DNA of 64,000 bases, from NCBI RefSeq assembly GCF_964204645.1, contig NC_134032.1, forward strand, positions 16,489,537 through 16,553,536, written 5' to 3'. The stretch is from Tubulanus polymorphus (Eukaryota > Animalia > Nemertea). The notes beneath the pieces were generated by a model that worked only from the letters and a program-made list of their open reading frames with translations, did not search any database and was not told the origin of the DNA. The position numbers and the translations under genes are program-made. This document shows positions 52,637 to 64,000 of the stretch, piece by piece; within the stretch, counting starts at the first letter, position 1, and every line of letters starts with the position of its first letter.

Positions 52637-55600
52637 TTGCGGTTAAACATGTTATATTGAGGTTTCAACCGAACTGTTGTAGTAAGCGGCGACCGGTCAA
52701 ATCAACACGTGACACTTAAATATCGATCGATAGAATTTAAATATTGTTGTATTTTGTAGATGATGTTCGCATTGCTGAAAGTGTTCAAGTTCGTATATCG
52801 GACAAATTACCTCCTTCTACAGACCTCTCTCAACCTCCTCCTACAGACCTCTCTCAACCTCCTCCTACTAACCTCTCTATCGACCTCGCTAAACACATCA
52901 GCTGCTCCTACGTACGACATTATTCCCTTGATGCACTGTTCATCTGTCCACCGGAAGCGGTCGGTGATTACGTCATCGTCCACACGCTGGGAACGCGTGT
53001 CGTTGTTTGTGAAGTTGAAATCTATCAGAATTTCTCAACACGTAAGATTTAGATTTGAATTGAAATGGAAAATGAAATATTGACTCGTTAGAAATATCGA
53101 AACATGATGAAAAAATCTAAACACGGTGTTTTTAGATAACCTGGCATTGTTGAGAAATTCCTATTCGAGTAATCGTGCTAATGACTGGACCGGAGCGCCT
53201 CAACTAGCCGTCGATGGTAGCAAGTCCAGTTGTTTTGAAGCCGGTCGTGAATCTAGAACCTGGTGGACTGTTGACCTAGATACTGTCAATTATATCAGAA
53301 TAATTACAATCCTAAACAGAAACGATGTGAAATGTGAGTTGAATGATTAATTCAATATACTGTATCCAAACTCATATGAAAGACAGTATTTATAATTACA
53401 GCGGATTCTCTGAACAATTTGAAGATAACAGTCGGAATGGAATTTGATCGTTTATCCGGAACGAGCACGCGTCAAACAACATGTACAAACTTCGCGGGGG
53501 AGTTTAAACCGGGAGAGATGATGCACTTCCGGTGTCCCAAAGGTGCCGTCGGCAGACACGTGACCATCGCCGTATTAGACATGTATCTGTCTTTTTGTGA
53601 AGTGGAGGTTTTTGGATTTCTGTTCGAAGGTAAATTTGTTCTGATCAGAATCTGTTAAAACGGTTGAAGTTTAATTGGTTATCATCGTGTGTCTATTGTA
53701 GAGAATATATCTGAGAATAAACCAGCTCGTCAGAGTGATGCTGCTGAGTTGGCGTGGTTAGCGGTAGATGGAGTACTAGTCACAGATCAGCGAACCACCG
53801 CTTTATGCGCCCATATACATCAGTCGTCTACACGTGGGCAATGGTTGTCTATAGATCTGTTGTATATGTACAGATTGCGTAGTTCAGTTATAACTATCAG
53901 ATCGGACTGCTGCGGTAACGGTTTAAGATTAAGTTTGGGTCGCTTGAAGCCTAGGCCTGTTTCATCATGAGCTGCGTTTGTTTTATTTGTAGGTTTTGAG
54001 ATGAAAAATTTTAAGATGACGGTTTCATCGTCAACGGCACCGGATCCACGTGACCGTCCGTTCTATGTGTGTTTTCACAAACAGAGCGCCTCCTATCTCG
54101 GGGAGATACACTATATTCAGTGCCAGGACACATCCACCAGGGGGCGCTACGTTACTATCAGTAAACAGATCGGGGATCCCTCACCCCTGACCATTTGTGA
54201 AGTAGAAATATTCGGCGATAGATTCATCGAATCAGGTAATTTGAGGAATCCTAAAACTCTCGATCGATTTAAGACAATGTTCCAATTTTAAGTCGTTAAA
54301 TGTTTGAATTTTCAGATGAAAATATCGCTTTGAACAAATTAACAAAACAGAGCGACGGAGGAAGTTCCGGTGTTAAATCAGTTGATGGTTTAAATGACGG
54401 TAAAATACCTGATTCAACACACGTGATCGATACAGTCGGGGAAGGCGCCACCTGGTGGATGGTGGATTTACAAGATCGATACATAGTAAACTCTATTATA
54501 GTTACACAACCATTTGACGGTATGTCCATCACAAAACACCTCGCACATTATTCTGAAATACCACACAATGAACTGACGAGATCAAATACTGTAACTGTCT
54601 TTCTGCAGGTCCAGGTTTACAAGGCGCCACGGTTTACGTAGCAGAGAATTTCAACCCTAATGACGTCAATAGTTCACCAGATACAGCAGCAATTCAGAGT
54701 GAAACAACTAGTGATATATCAACTACAACTAGTGATATATCAACTGCAACACGTGGTGATATATCAACCACACCTCGTGATATATCAACCACACCTCGTG
54801 ATATATCAACCAGTACTGATGATGTAACTGTCAGTTCACAGAAAGCGATGGATGAAATAACAACACAACCGACACAACTCACAGTTTGTCATCAGATCAG
54901 AAAACAGTTACTACCGGGACAAATAGCAGATATAACGTGTAACAGTGACGCGATAGGACGATATTTAATCATCGTTAAAGAGAATGATTCGTTAATTCTA
55001 TCAGAAGTCGAGGTGTTCGGTACATTAATACCAGACTCGAGCAACACGAGCAGCACTAACCCGATAACATATCAAACAGATAGTACTCCAACTATAGGTC
55101 AGTATCAGCCGCTAACCCCCTCCCCCCCTCCCTCACTCGATCACTCTCTCGGGGTCAGTATCAGCCGCTAACCCCCTCCCCCTCACTCGATCACTCTCTC
55201 GGGGTCAGTATCAGCCCCTAACCCCCCCCCCCCTCACTCGATCACTCTCTCGGGGTCAGTATCAGCCCCTAACCCCCCCTTACTCGATCACTCTCTCGGG
55301 GTCAGTATTAGCCCCTAACCCCCCTCACTCGATCACTCTCTCGGGGTCAGTATCAGCCCCTAACCCCCCTCACTCGATCACTCTCTCGGGGTCAGTATCA
55401 GCCCCTAACCCCCCCTCACTCGATCACTCTCTCGGGGTCAGTATCAGCCCCTAACCCCCCTCACTCGATCACTCTCTCGGGGTCAGTATCAGCCCCTAAC
55501 CCCCCTCACTCGATCACTCTCTCGGGGTCAGTATCAGCCCCTAACCCCCCTCACTCGATCACTCTCTCGGGGTCAGTATCAGCCCCTAACCCCCCTCACT

Positions 55601-55946
55601 CGATCACTCTCTCGGGGTCAGTATCAGCCCCTAACCCCCCTCACTCGATCACTCTCTCGGGGTCAGTATCAGCCCCTCCCCCCCCCCTCACTCGATCACT
55701 CTCTCGGTTATAAACTCTTACTCACTGTGATTAACGTTGATTATTTCAGGTATACCGGATATTGATTGGGTATTAATAGGTGTTAATATAGCGGCCGGCA
55801 TCAGTTTAATTTGTCTGGTATCGATATTAATTGGTTTACGAGGCGCTGGAAAATTACCGTTAGTTCGGGGTAGCGCTAAAATACCGCACCTAAAACCACC
55901 AGCCAGTCCAAAAATATCTCCGTCACCAGTACAACCAAATACATAA
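48070..55946 (+). CDS. Type I membrane protein with 7 tandem F-type lectin (fucolectin) domains and a nested discoidin/FA58C domain, 19 exons
   Basis: Exons 48070-48157, 48348-48581, 49489-49716, 49903-50112, 50198-50443, 50516-50701, 50840-51034, 51706-51800, 51887-52025, 52132-52377, 52454-52681, 52760-53041, 53136-53333, 53402-53629, 53702-53914, 53993-54235, 54316-54519, 54609-55097, 55750-55946. Signal peptide; seven repeats of N(I/V/L)A..KP / AVDG / WWxVDL in one exon and C..C..GRYV / LxxCEVEV in the next; TM helix WVLIGVNIAAGISLICLVSILIGL; short Pro-rich tail. Confidence 0.85.
49119..49266. repeat. 11-bp minisatellite (TCACTGCTGGC) x~13
   Basis: Direct inspection. Confidence 0.92.
51037..51666. 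repeat. ~25-29-bp minisatellite (GTGTCTCGTCCAACCAGCTGTCATATC..) filling an intron of the lectin gene
   Basis: Starts at the donor after 51034 and ends ~40 bp before acceptor 51705. Confidence 0.92.
55098..55706. repeat. ~45-bp minisatellite (GTCAGTATCAGCCCCTAACCCCCCTCACTCGATCACTCTCTCGGG) x~13 filling the last lectin intron
   Basis: First unit begins exactly at the splice donor 55098. Confidence 0.92.
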
Positions 55947-56041
55947 TGCACCAAAACACGACCATCACCCGGAAGAGCAGTTCAATTATTGTATAAAAAA
56001 GTGATTAGTAATTCTAGAACCGTTTATCAATGTGGTAAGGT

Positions 56042-56336
56042 CTAGACCACCGATCTGTATCACTAGACCACCAAGCTGTATCACTAGACCACCGATCTGT
56101 ATCACTAGACCACCGAGCTGTATCACTAGACCACCGATCTGTATCACTAGACCACCGATCTGTATCACTAGACCACCGATCTGTATCACTAGACCACCGA
56201 TCTGTATCACTAGACCACCGATCTGTATCACTAGACCACCGAGCTGTATCACTAGACCACCGATCTGTATCACTAGACCACCGATCTGTATCACTAGACC
56301 ACCGAGCTGTATCACTAGACCACCGAGCTGTATCAC
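56042..56336. repeat. 21-bp minisatellite (CTAGACCACCGA[T/G]CTGTATCA) x14
   Basis: Direct inspection; just downstream of lectin stop codon. Confidence 0.92.
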
Positions 56337-56770
56337 TGTGGAGCTGCAGGGTTAGGGATGAGCCGTCGTCCGTCCGTCCGTCCATCCGTCCGTCCATCCG
56401 TCCGTCCAGCGTCGTCAATTTTTGTGGCATATTTTGTGAAGCAAAGTAGTAAAGTTATTACGCTTATACTACGCTTCGGGTTCAAGGTCATACGGTTATC
56501 TATATGGCAACCAGGTGGCGCTTTTCGTAGCAAATGACGGATTTTAAGCGACTTTCAGCTAAGAACCTTAGTGTCTGACTGTGGAGACAACCACTCCCAG
56601 GACTGGGTGAAGGGTCGCGTCACTATCCTGTTGAATTGTACACACACAAAAATTATTGTCAGTTTTGTTGCACAAATTATGATTATTTTACATCGTGTTT
56701 TGCACAAATAAAACCGTAAATAACATGAATATTTTGTCTTATGTCTTGATGAATCGTGCAGTAAACACAA

Positions 56771-57508
56771 TAACCAGGAATTCCTCCTGTTTGACAACAC
56801 CACCGCAACCACCACCAGAACCACCACCCACCACCACCACCACCACCACCGCAACCACCACCGCAACCACCACCACCACCACCACAACCACTACCACCAC
56901 CGCAACTACCACCACAACCACAACCACTACCACCACAACCACAACCACCACCACCACTAACCAGGAATTCCTCCTGTTTGACAACACCACCGCAACCACC
57001 ACCAGAACCACCACCCACCACCACCACCACCACCACCGCAACCACCACCACCACCACAACCACAACCACTACCACCACAACCACAACCACCACCACCACT
57101 AACCAGGAATTCCTCCTGTTTGACAACACCACCGCAACCACCACCAGAACCACCACCCACCACCACCACCACCACCGCAACCACCACCACAACCACCACA
57201 ACCACAACCACTACCACCACAACCACAACCACCACCACCACTAACCAGGAATTCCTCCTGTTTGACAACACCACCGCAACCACCACCAGAACCACCACCC
57301 ACCACCACCACCACCATAACCACCACAACCACTACCACCACCACCACCGCAACTACCACCACCACCACCACCGCAACCACCACCACCACAACCACCACAA
57401 CCACAACTACTACCACCACAACCACAACCACCACCACCGCAACCACCACAACCACCACCACCACCACCACCACTAACCAGGAATTCCTCCTGTTTGGCAA
57501 CACCACCA
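56771..57508. repeat. Higher-order repeat: AACCAGGAATTCCTCCTGTTTG anchor x5 separated by variable (ACC/ACA)n tracts
   Basis: Direct inspection. Confidence 0.88.
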
Positions 57509-58490
57509 TAAGGATGGAGAGATAGCGTTTTACTGACTATAGCGACCGAGCTGTATGTCATTTAACCCCTACCCTAACCGCCTGCCAAACAGATTTATTT
57601 GCGCGACACTTACTGAATGAGAAGTGTTTGTATTTTTATTTCAGTTATATCGCCATCTGCTAACCACTGAAAGTACACATACGTATCATAAACAGTGAAA
57701 CAATCAATAACAGCTTGTATCTTACTGTGGATTCTATCAGTTTTACTCGCATCACCCCCCACAACCCCCCCCCCCCCACACACACCTCTCCAGTAGCAAC
57801 AATTGAGAGATATTTCATTTAACTAAACTCTTAAAGAACACCAGCTGCTGAAACCCCGACCAACCTTTCGCCGGAAAACTTAATGAGAAATGATAACATT
57901 TCAGCAGCAGATGGTTGTATTTAATCAGTGAATTTTTAAACTGTTAACGAACTGTTATACCGGTTTGCGATAGAATGGGTAAATATCACGTAGACACCAT
58001 TAAAATATATGATGTTATCGAGAGAATTAATGAGGAGCTGGGTTCGAGATAGAGTCAGTCCTATCTACCCGCCCACGAGTATAATTTATAGTATAAAAGT
58101 GTTTTCTCAATAGACCAGGGAGGTGGTGAGATTAGGTAGGGAGGGGGAGAGGCAGACAGAACCCATCAGAACCCAAACATGCTGCTCGTGATTTCAGTAA
58201 AGAACAGTAAATTTTCTTCTCGTAGTTAAGGATAATAAGTCAATCTATATTCGCCATTTTTCTATGCATGATTAATATAATAAAAGTAACAGATGTTGTG
58301 AATCTGGTGGCGACACGAGAACCATTGGTTTCAAAGGCTCTGAAAAATATAAACATATGTTACAGCTTAACTTGTGTCGCAGCTAACTCAATCAATCAGA
58401 TTTGCTTTCGATATTTGAAATTTGTTTTTGAAATACAGCGTGCGGTACATGTATATATAGACATTTAACTGCCGCAATTATCGAAGGGTC

Positions 58491-59149
58491 CAGTAGGGTG
58501 GACAGAAACTGTCTGATTACAGTAGGGTGGACAGAAACTGTCTGATTACAGTAGGGTGGACAGAAACTGTCTGATTACAGTAGGGTGGACAGAAACTGTC
58601 TGATTACAGTAGGGTGGACAGAAACTGTCTGATTACAGTAGGGTGGACAGAAACTGTCTGATTACAGTAGGGTGGACAGAAACTGTCTGATTACAGTAGG
58701 GTGGACAGAAACTGTCTGATTACAGTAGGGTGGACAGAAACTGTCTGATTACAGTAGGGTGGACAGAAACTGTCTGATTACAGTAGGGTGGATAGAAACT
58801 GTCTGATTACAGTAGGGTGGACAGAAACTGTCTGATTACAGTAGGGTGGACAGAAACTGTCTGATTACAGTAGGGTGGATAGAAACTGTCTGATTACAGT
58901 AGGGTGGACAGAAACTGTCTGATTACAGTAGGGTGGACAGAAACTGTCTGATTACAGTAGGGTGGACAGAAACTGTCTGATTACAGTAGGGTGGACAGAA
59001 ACTGTCTGATTACAGTAGGGTGGATAGAAACTGTCTGATTACAGTAGGGTAGACAGCAACTGTCTGATTACAGTAGGGTGGACAGCAACTGTCTGATTAC
59101 AGTAGGGTGGACAGAAACTGTCTGATTACAGCGGGATGGACAGAAACTG
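58491..59149. repeat. 29-bp minisatellite (CAGTAGGGTGGACAGAAACTGTCTGATTA) x~23
   Basis: Direct inspection. Confidence 0.95.
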
Positions 59150-59449
59150 GTTTTGGTTTCTATACCGGAAAGCTTGTAAACAGCTCGTGCTCTGTAGGAA
59201 CAAACATTGATCTGATTGAAAACATGTTATTTCTATGAATATATTTCTAGCGGATTAAGTGAAATCTATCAAGCCCCAGCCCGGTCACTCGGGATCAGAG
59301 AATAGTTTTAATCTTTAAGAAGCACAAAGCAAGAATTAGTCACTTATAGACACGCGCAAACACACGTTAAACTGTTAAACACGATAATACACGTTCAAAC
59401 ACTATAAACACAATGAAATCGTCGTCGTCGTTTGACCACACTAGCTATA

Positions 59450-59589
59450 GAGACACTCAGTGAGGAGACACTCAGTGTAGAGACACTCAGTGAGGAGACA
59501 CTCAGTGAGGAGAGACACTCAGTGTAGAGACACTCAGTGAGGAGAGACACTCAGCGAAGAGACACTCAGTGAAGGGACACTCAGTGTAG
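59450..59589. repeat. 15-17-bp repeat (GAGACACTCAGTG[AG/TA]) x~9 in the presumed ninjurin 5'UTR exon
   Basis: Between TATAAA at 59403-59408 and donor GTAAGT at 59596. Confidence 0.8.
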
Positions 59590-60307
59590 GGACCGGTAAG
59601 TCGTGTATTAGTCTAAAATCAGCCCAATTAATATATGAACTAATATAATCTACAGTCTACCTCGCATGAGTCGCCTACAAGTTGAGCCCAGTCAAATATA
59701 TCCGACTTACACATTGTACGATTTGTGAATAAGTTGAATATTAAGGAATCTTCACGAAAAATCAATACACATATATCGCGACTTGTGCGTTTATTGTGGT
59801 ATTTGGTGAAGAAATAAAACTGGATTTGTGCGACTTTGATGAGTGTGTGGAGTTACAGCGAGGTTGATTCGGCCGGTTTAGCATCTACCCCCACAGGGTC
59901 GAATAATCCCGAAAAACTACGAACGCGCAGCTGTCAAACAGGAGATACGATATTTACTGAAATGCGTTCATTTTATCACATTCTAAACTTTCGACCATAA
60001 ACTGTGATAAACTGACGGCACCTGATGGCGCCGTGTGAAACAGAGTGATGCGTCGATCTGTGCCGCGCTATTTACGAGCAAAAACTTCCCCGCGAAAAAT
60101 AACATTTCAAACAGAATGTACTGAACTATTTATCATTTCAGAGTGACGGCTATACCTTTAGAGTGATTACGACACGCCATCTTCGTGAGACACTTTAGGG
60201 GGATTATGGTATTTAGCATTCATCAATTCGTTCTAGTTTTCACCGGTATATTTTTTTCATAAATCTAAATCGACGAACTTTTTTTGTAGGAAAAAGCGGA
60301 AGTGGAA

Positions 60308-60832
60308 ATGCCGTTAGTGGCAGGAAGTGATGATAATATCGAGGAAGGTATGCAATCGTACGGTACGCGAGACTCGGGAGGTGTCGGTAAAACTCGCGAA
60401 AACTCGGGACGTATCGGCAAATCTCGGGAAAACTCGGACGGAGAGAAGCGTCTAAAACAATCAAATGTCTCGAAGAAAGGCTACAACACGAAGAAAACTA
60501 ACGTGCATAATCTTTCAAATCTGACTTTATTGACATCTAATATAAGTCAGTTGAGATCTGTTTTAAGTCGTGGTCGCGAACGCTGCCAATATTACGATTT
60601 ACTCTTAACTTTACTCAGTTTATCGATCGGTTTTGAAATAATTATAACTGTTTTATTAATGACTGTTTCACATAAAGAATCCAAACCGAAACCCGTTGAA
60701 ACAGATGAGAAACATGATCCGTTTCAACTGTCGGATATTCTCAGTAATGCTGTCGGTATCGTGTCATTTCTGTTAATAGTAATTAATGTAGCTATTACGT
60801 CATTCAGCGAAGCCTCGAACCCCGGTGCTTAA
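60308..60832 (+). CDS. NINJ: Ninjurin-family membrane protein, CDS in a single exon
   Basis: YNTKKTNVHNLSNLTLLTSNISQLRSVL aligns with NINJ1 YASKKSAAESMLDIALLMANASQLKAVV; two hydrophobic helices (YYDLLLTLLSLSIGFEIIITVLLM; ILSNAVGIVSFLLIVINVAITSF). Acceptor TTTTTGTAG at 60281-60289 precedes ATG 60308; likely 5'UTR exon ends at donor 59595|GTAAGT. Confidence 0.88.
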   Translation: MPLVAGSDDNIEEGMQSYGTRDSGGVGKTRENSGRIGKSRENSDGEKRLKQSNVSKKGYNTKKTNVHNLSNLTLLTSNISQLRSVLSRGRERCQYYDLLLTLLSLSIGFEIIITVLLMTVSHKESKPKPVETDEKHDPFQLSDILSNAVGIVSFLLIVINVAITSFSEASNPGA

Positions 60833-61642
60833 ATAGACACGTGACTGACACGTGATCGTAGTATTGAAATTAGAAATGTATTGAAATAGATTTTTATATT
60901 GAATTGATTGAACGACTTACGTGTCTGTACTCGTCTATACTCAACACCATAGTGATCGATCCATGCGCCCCCTAGTGATCGATCCGTGCGCCCCCTAGTG
61001 GATGACCCAGCGATGATCCTGTGTTGTGGCACCCCCTATGGTATCGTCTACTTCCTATTTCACCAACATTTAGGATACACTCTATGTTGTATAAGAAAAT
61101 GGGACAGGGACAGGGACAGAGAGAGAGGGGAGGTGAGGGAGAGGAAGAGGGAGAGGGAGAGGGAGAGGGAGAGGGAGATGGAGAGAAAGAGAGAGGCAGG
61201 AGAGGGAGATGGAGAGGGAGAGGGAGAGGGAGAGGGAGAGGGAGAGGGAGAGGGAGAGGGAGAGGGAGAGGGGGATGGGGAGAGGGAAATATTGATTGAG
61301 AAATATAAGCTGAAACAACACGCAGCGCATGAACACATTGTGTCTTAATCAAATTACATACATAACATATAGCTTTGGCCGCAGCCGGCGCGGTTAGGGT
61401 TAAGGTTGCCGCAGCCGGCGCGGTTAGAGCGGTCGTGGTCGTCGTGTTTCCATAGACTAATATCATTCACAATTGATAAACCCACTGTAAGAGGAAACAA
61501 CTAGGAGGAAATAGTCTGACGTTTCCACTCAAATCAGATTTTTAGAAATGGCTCGTAGAATTTAGTCGAACCGTTTTTGTTTTTTCTTTTTACTGCGGGT
61601 TTCTCTACCGCACCTGGAATCGAACCCGGGACCACCAGTCTC

Positions 61643-61807
61643 AGTGTATGAGTGTATGAGTGTATGAGTGTATGAGTGTATGAGTGTATGAGTGTATCAG
61701 TGTATCAGTGTATCAGTGTATCAGTGTATCAGTGTATCAGTGTATCAGTGTATCAGTGTATGAGTGTATGAGTGTATCAGTGTATGAGTGTATGAGTGTA
61801 TCAGTGT
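61643..61807. repeat. 8-bp repeat (AGTGTAT[G/C])n, preceded by a minus-strand tRNA B box
   Basis: Direct inspection; GGAATCGAACC at 61616-61626. Confidence 0.85.
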
Positions 61808-62237
61808 CATTTCTAGAGTGTTTTATAGATCACTATACATTTCTAATGTGTTTTTATCAAAAAAAAACAAATAGAACTTTGATCCGAGATATATTTTACA
61901 ATCATCTGATTTTTATCAGCTAAACTGCGTTATTCTATATTGTCACCACACATGAAACCTGAGTCATAGAACAGCGAACGATCAGATTTAGTTGATCAGT
62001 TTTACATGCATCTGGTATAGATCGATCGATTGATTGATTGTCATCTGATGTTTAGTTTTATGAGATGTATCTGATATCGCGACACTCAAACTCTACCGGA
62101 TGCTGGGATTCTAACCGCGCTTTACTGATAGCTAGGTCACGTGGAGCCAGGCGAGCACTTCGTTGACCACGGGCACAGCATTTTAGACAAATATGATTCA
62201 ATCATCACTTGAGTGGATGGTGAGTACAATGGAACGA

Positions 62238-62412
62238 TCCAGTAACTGTGGAACTGGATCGTGAAGTGTGGATCCTGGTCCAGTAACTGTGGAACTGGAT
62301 CGTGAAGTGTGGATCCTGGTCCAGTTACTGTGGAACTGGATCGTGAAGTGTGGATCCTGGTCCAGTAACTGTGGAACTGGATCGTGAAGTGGGGAAGTGT
62401 GGAACTGGGTCC
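62238..62412. repeat. 41-bp tandem repeat (TCCAGTAACTGTGGAACTGGATCGTGAAGTGTGGATCCTGG) x~3.5
   Basis: Direct inspection; shares ACTGTGGAACTG with the MITE end at 36859-36871. Confidence 0.85.
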
Positions 62413-63257
62413 ATTAACTATAGGTTCGGTGTTTGTACTGTCAAATAAAGTGTATCTGATGAATTGATCTAAAATGTCACAAAAGTTTTAGTTTTGGTTT
62501 GGTTAGTAAATATAAAGCGATCGTTGATCAGTAACAGCTGTTTCTCCCAACTCGCTAGCTCGCGACAAACCCCATTCATATATCTGTTTTGTGTCGCGTT
62601 AATCTCGTTCTATTTGGATTAATCACTGGTCTGTGATTCAACGATCAATCAATATGAAATATAACGATGTATTTCACAAGTTTGTTTATTGGTTGGGGGA
62701 TAGCGAGCAGGACAAGTAAGTTTACAAACTCTCTGTATCTCCCTCCTAGTGGAGCGTCCCTTTTAAACCTCCTGCAACTTTTCGTCGGTTGCGGTGATTT
62801 TATTTTTTATTTTCTTTCATATTTACTATAAAACACGAAAAATATTCTCATTTACCGAATTTTTTAGAAGAGCATATTTTACCCATTCAAAAGTGCTCCA
62901 GAAAGTCTATAGCAATTCTTATCACACATAATCCCTTATCTTATCATCTCTATTCGTCTTATCTCTAAACCCCATCTTAAAAACCGTTCCGCTGCTTTTG
63001 AGATATCGGGTGATGGTTTTTACAGATCACGTGGTATGATGAATACTTTTATTACCCCTTTGCCAGAATCACTGGACCAGTGTTTGAATCGATACCGAGA
63101 GCGGTAAATATAAACGATGTCACATACACGGTGTTTACGGCTAATTACGTCACTCTAGCCAGAACCGCGCTGGTCGTTCCGATCGCCATCGCTTTAAAGT
63201 GAGTTTTATTATAAATCTACCGTTTAGATTTCAGCGAGATTCATTTTCGATTCGATT

Positions 63258-64000
63258 ATGAAATCTATGTTATATTTGAAGGTATGAATATTTTCTGCTG
63301 GCTGCTTTATGCGTCGTGATACACGATCTATTAGATCATGTAGATGGTATCGTAGCCCGGATACATAAGAGAATATACGGACAAATCGATGACCCTTTAC
63401 TCGGTGGTTTCCTAGACGCCATTTGTGATAAAGTAAGTTTTTATCTAAGGCGCTGTAAAACATTCAAATCGAGTTTGAAATTTTGATAAGAAAAACTTTT
63501 AAACTTTGATAGATAGTGATATTGACGTCATTATGGAGTATTCTGATGGTGACACGGTTCGAGTTGATGTCTCCGATCGAATCGATCACTCTACTATCGC
63601 TGATCACGTGTTTGATGTTATATGAGATCGCGATCGCTGTCATTCGAATACAAGATTATTTCCTCGCTACTTTTTTAAGGTATTATCTCAATATGTTTCG
63701 AGACGTTTCTGTCGCTTCTTTATATATTGATTTCTGGAGACATCTGTAGATTACAGATTTCCTCAGATGAGATAAAGAAAGATATATTGATTTTTTTCTT
63801 TCAGAGACTATAAAAGAAGTTTGAATCGCCGTACGGTATCACCGGATCTGACGTCAGCAGTGATGGTCGGTAAATTAAAAGAGAAACTCGAATCGATGTC
63901 AATCGCCTGTTTGTGTTTGTCACAGATGAATTCAAGTCCCGTTCATAGTGTCGGTACGTCACCAGAAAAACAACCACTAAATACCTGTTCAGAATTTATC
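63258..64000 (+). CDS. Tentative uncharacterised membrane-protein gene, 5' part, truncated by window end
   Basis: Three phase-compatible candidate exons (63258-63281, 63513-63679, 63805-64000) give MKSMLYLK|IVILTSLWSILMVTRFELMSPIESITLLSLITCLMLYEIAIAVIRIQDYFLATFLR|DYKRSLNRR..., open to the end with two hydrophobic stretches; no family recognised. Confidence 0.35.

Noticed and set aside
56555-57561. Mucin-like Thr-rich / His-rich / Gly-Cys ORFs
   Set aside because: (ACC)n compound repeat with frameshifts between units, downstream of the lectin stop; no splice context.

Overview
Animal (invertebrate bilaterian, species not determinable from sequence) nuclear DNA, AT-rich and dense in micro- and minisatellites. 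By reading splice sites and frames by hand I reconstructed: (1) the first coding exon of a furin/PC1-3-type proprotein convertase (- strand; rest lies left of the window) with a CRE/TATA promoter; (2) a 5-exon hydroxylysine kinase-like gene (+); (3) a complete 17-coding-exon AMPA-type ionotropic glutamate receptor (+, 18250-45874) with an 18.7-kb first intron, a probable GC-AG intron and a C-terminal PDZ ligand whose coding sequence is tandemly amplified; (4) a 19-exon type I membrane protein with seven F-type lectin (fucolectin) domains, one of which is split by a complete nested discoidin/FA58C domain; (5) a ninjurin-family gene with an uninterrupted CDS; (6) a tentative truncated gene at the right edge. 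Non-coding elements include Penelope-type hammerhead-ribozyme repeats, tRNA-derived heads fused to TTAGGG repeats, MITEs and many tandem arrays. Most entries in the ORF track are repeat-derived artefacts. No database searches were run; family calls rest on motifs I recognise, and all gene models need RNA confirmation.
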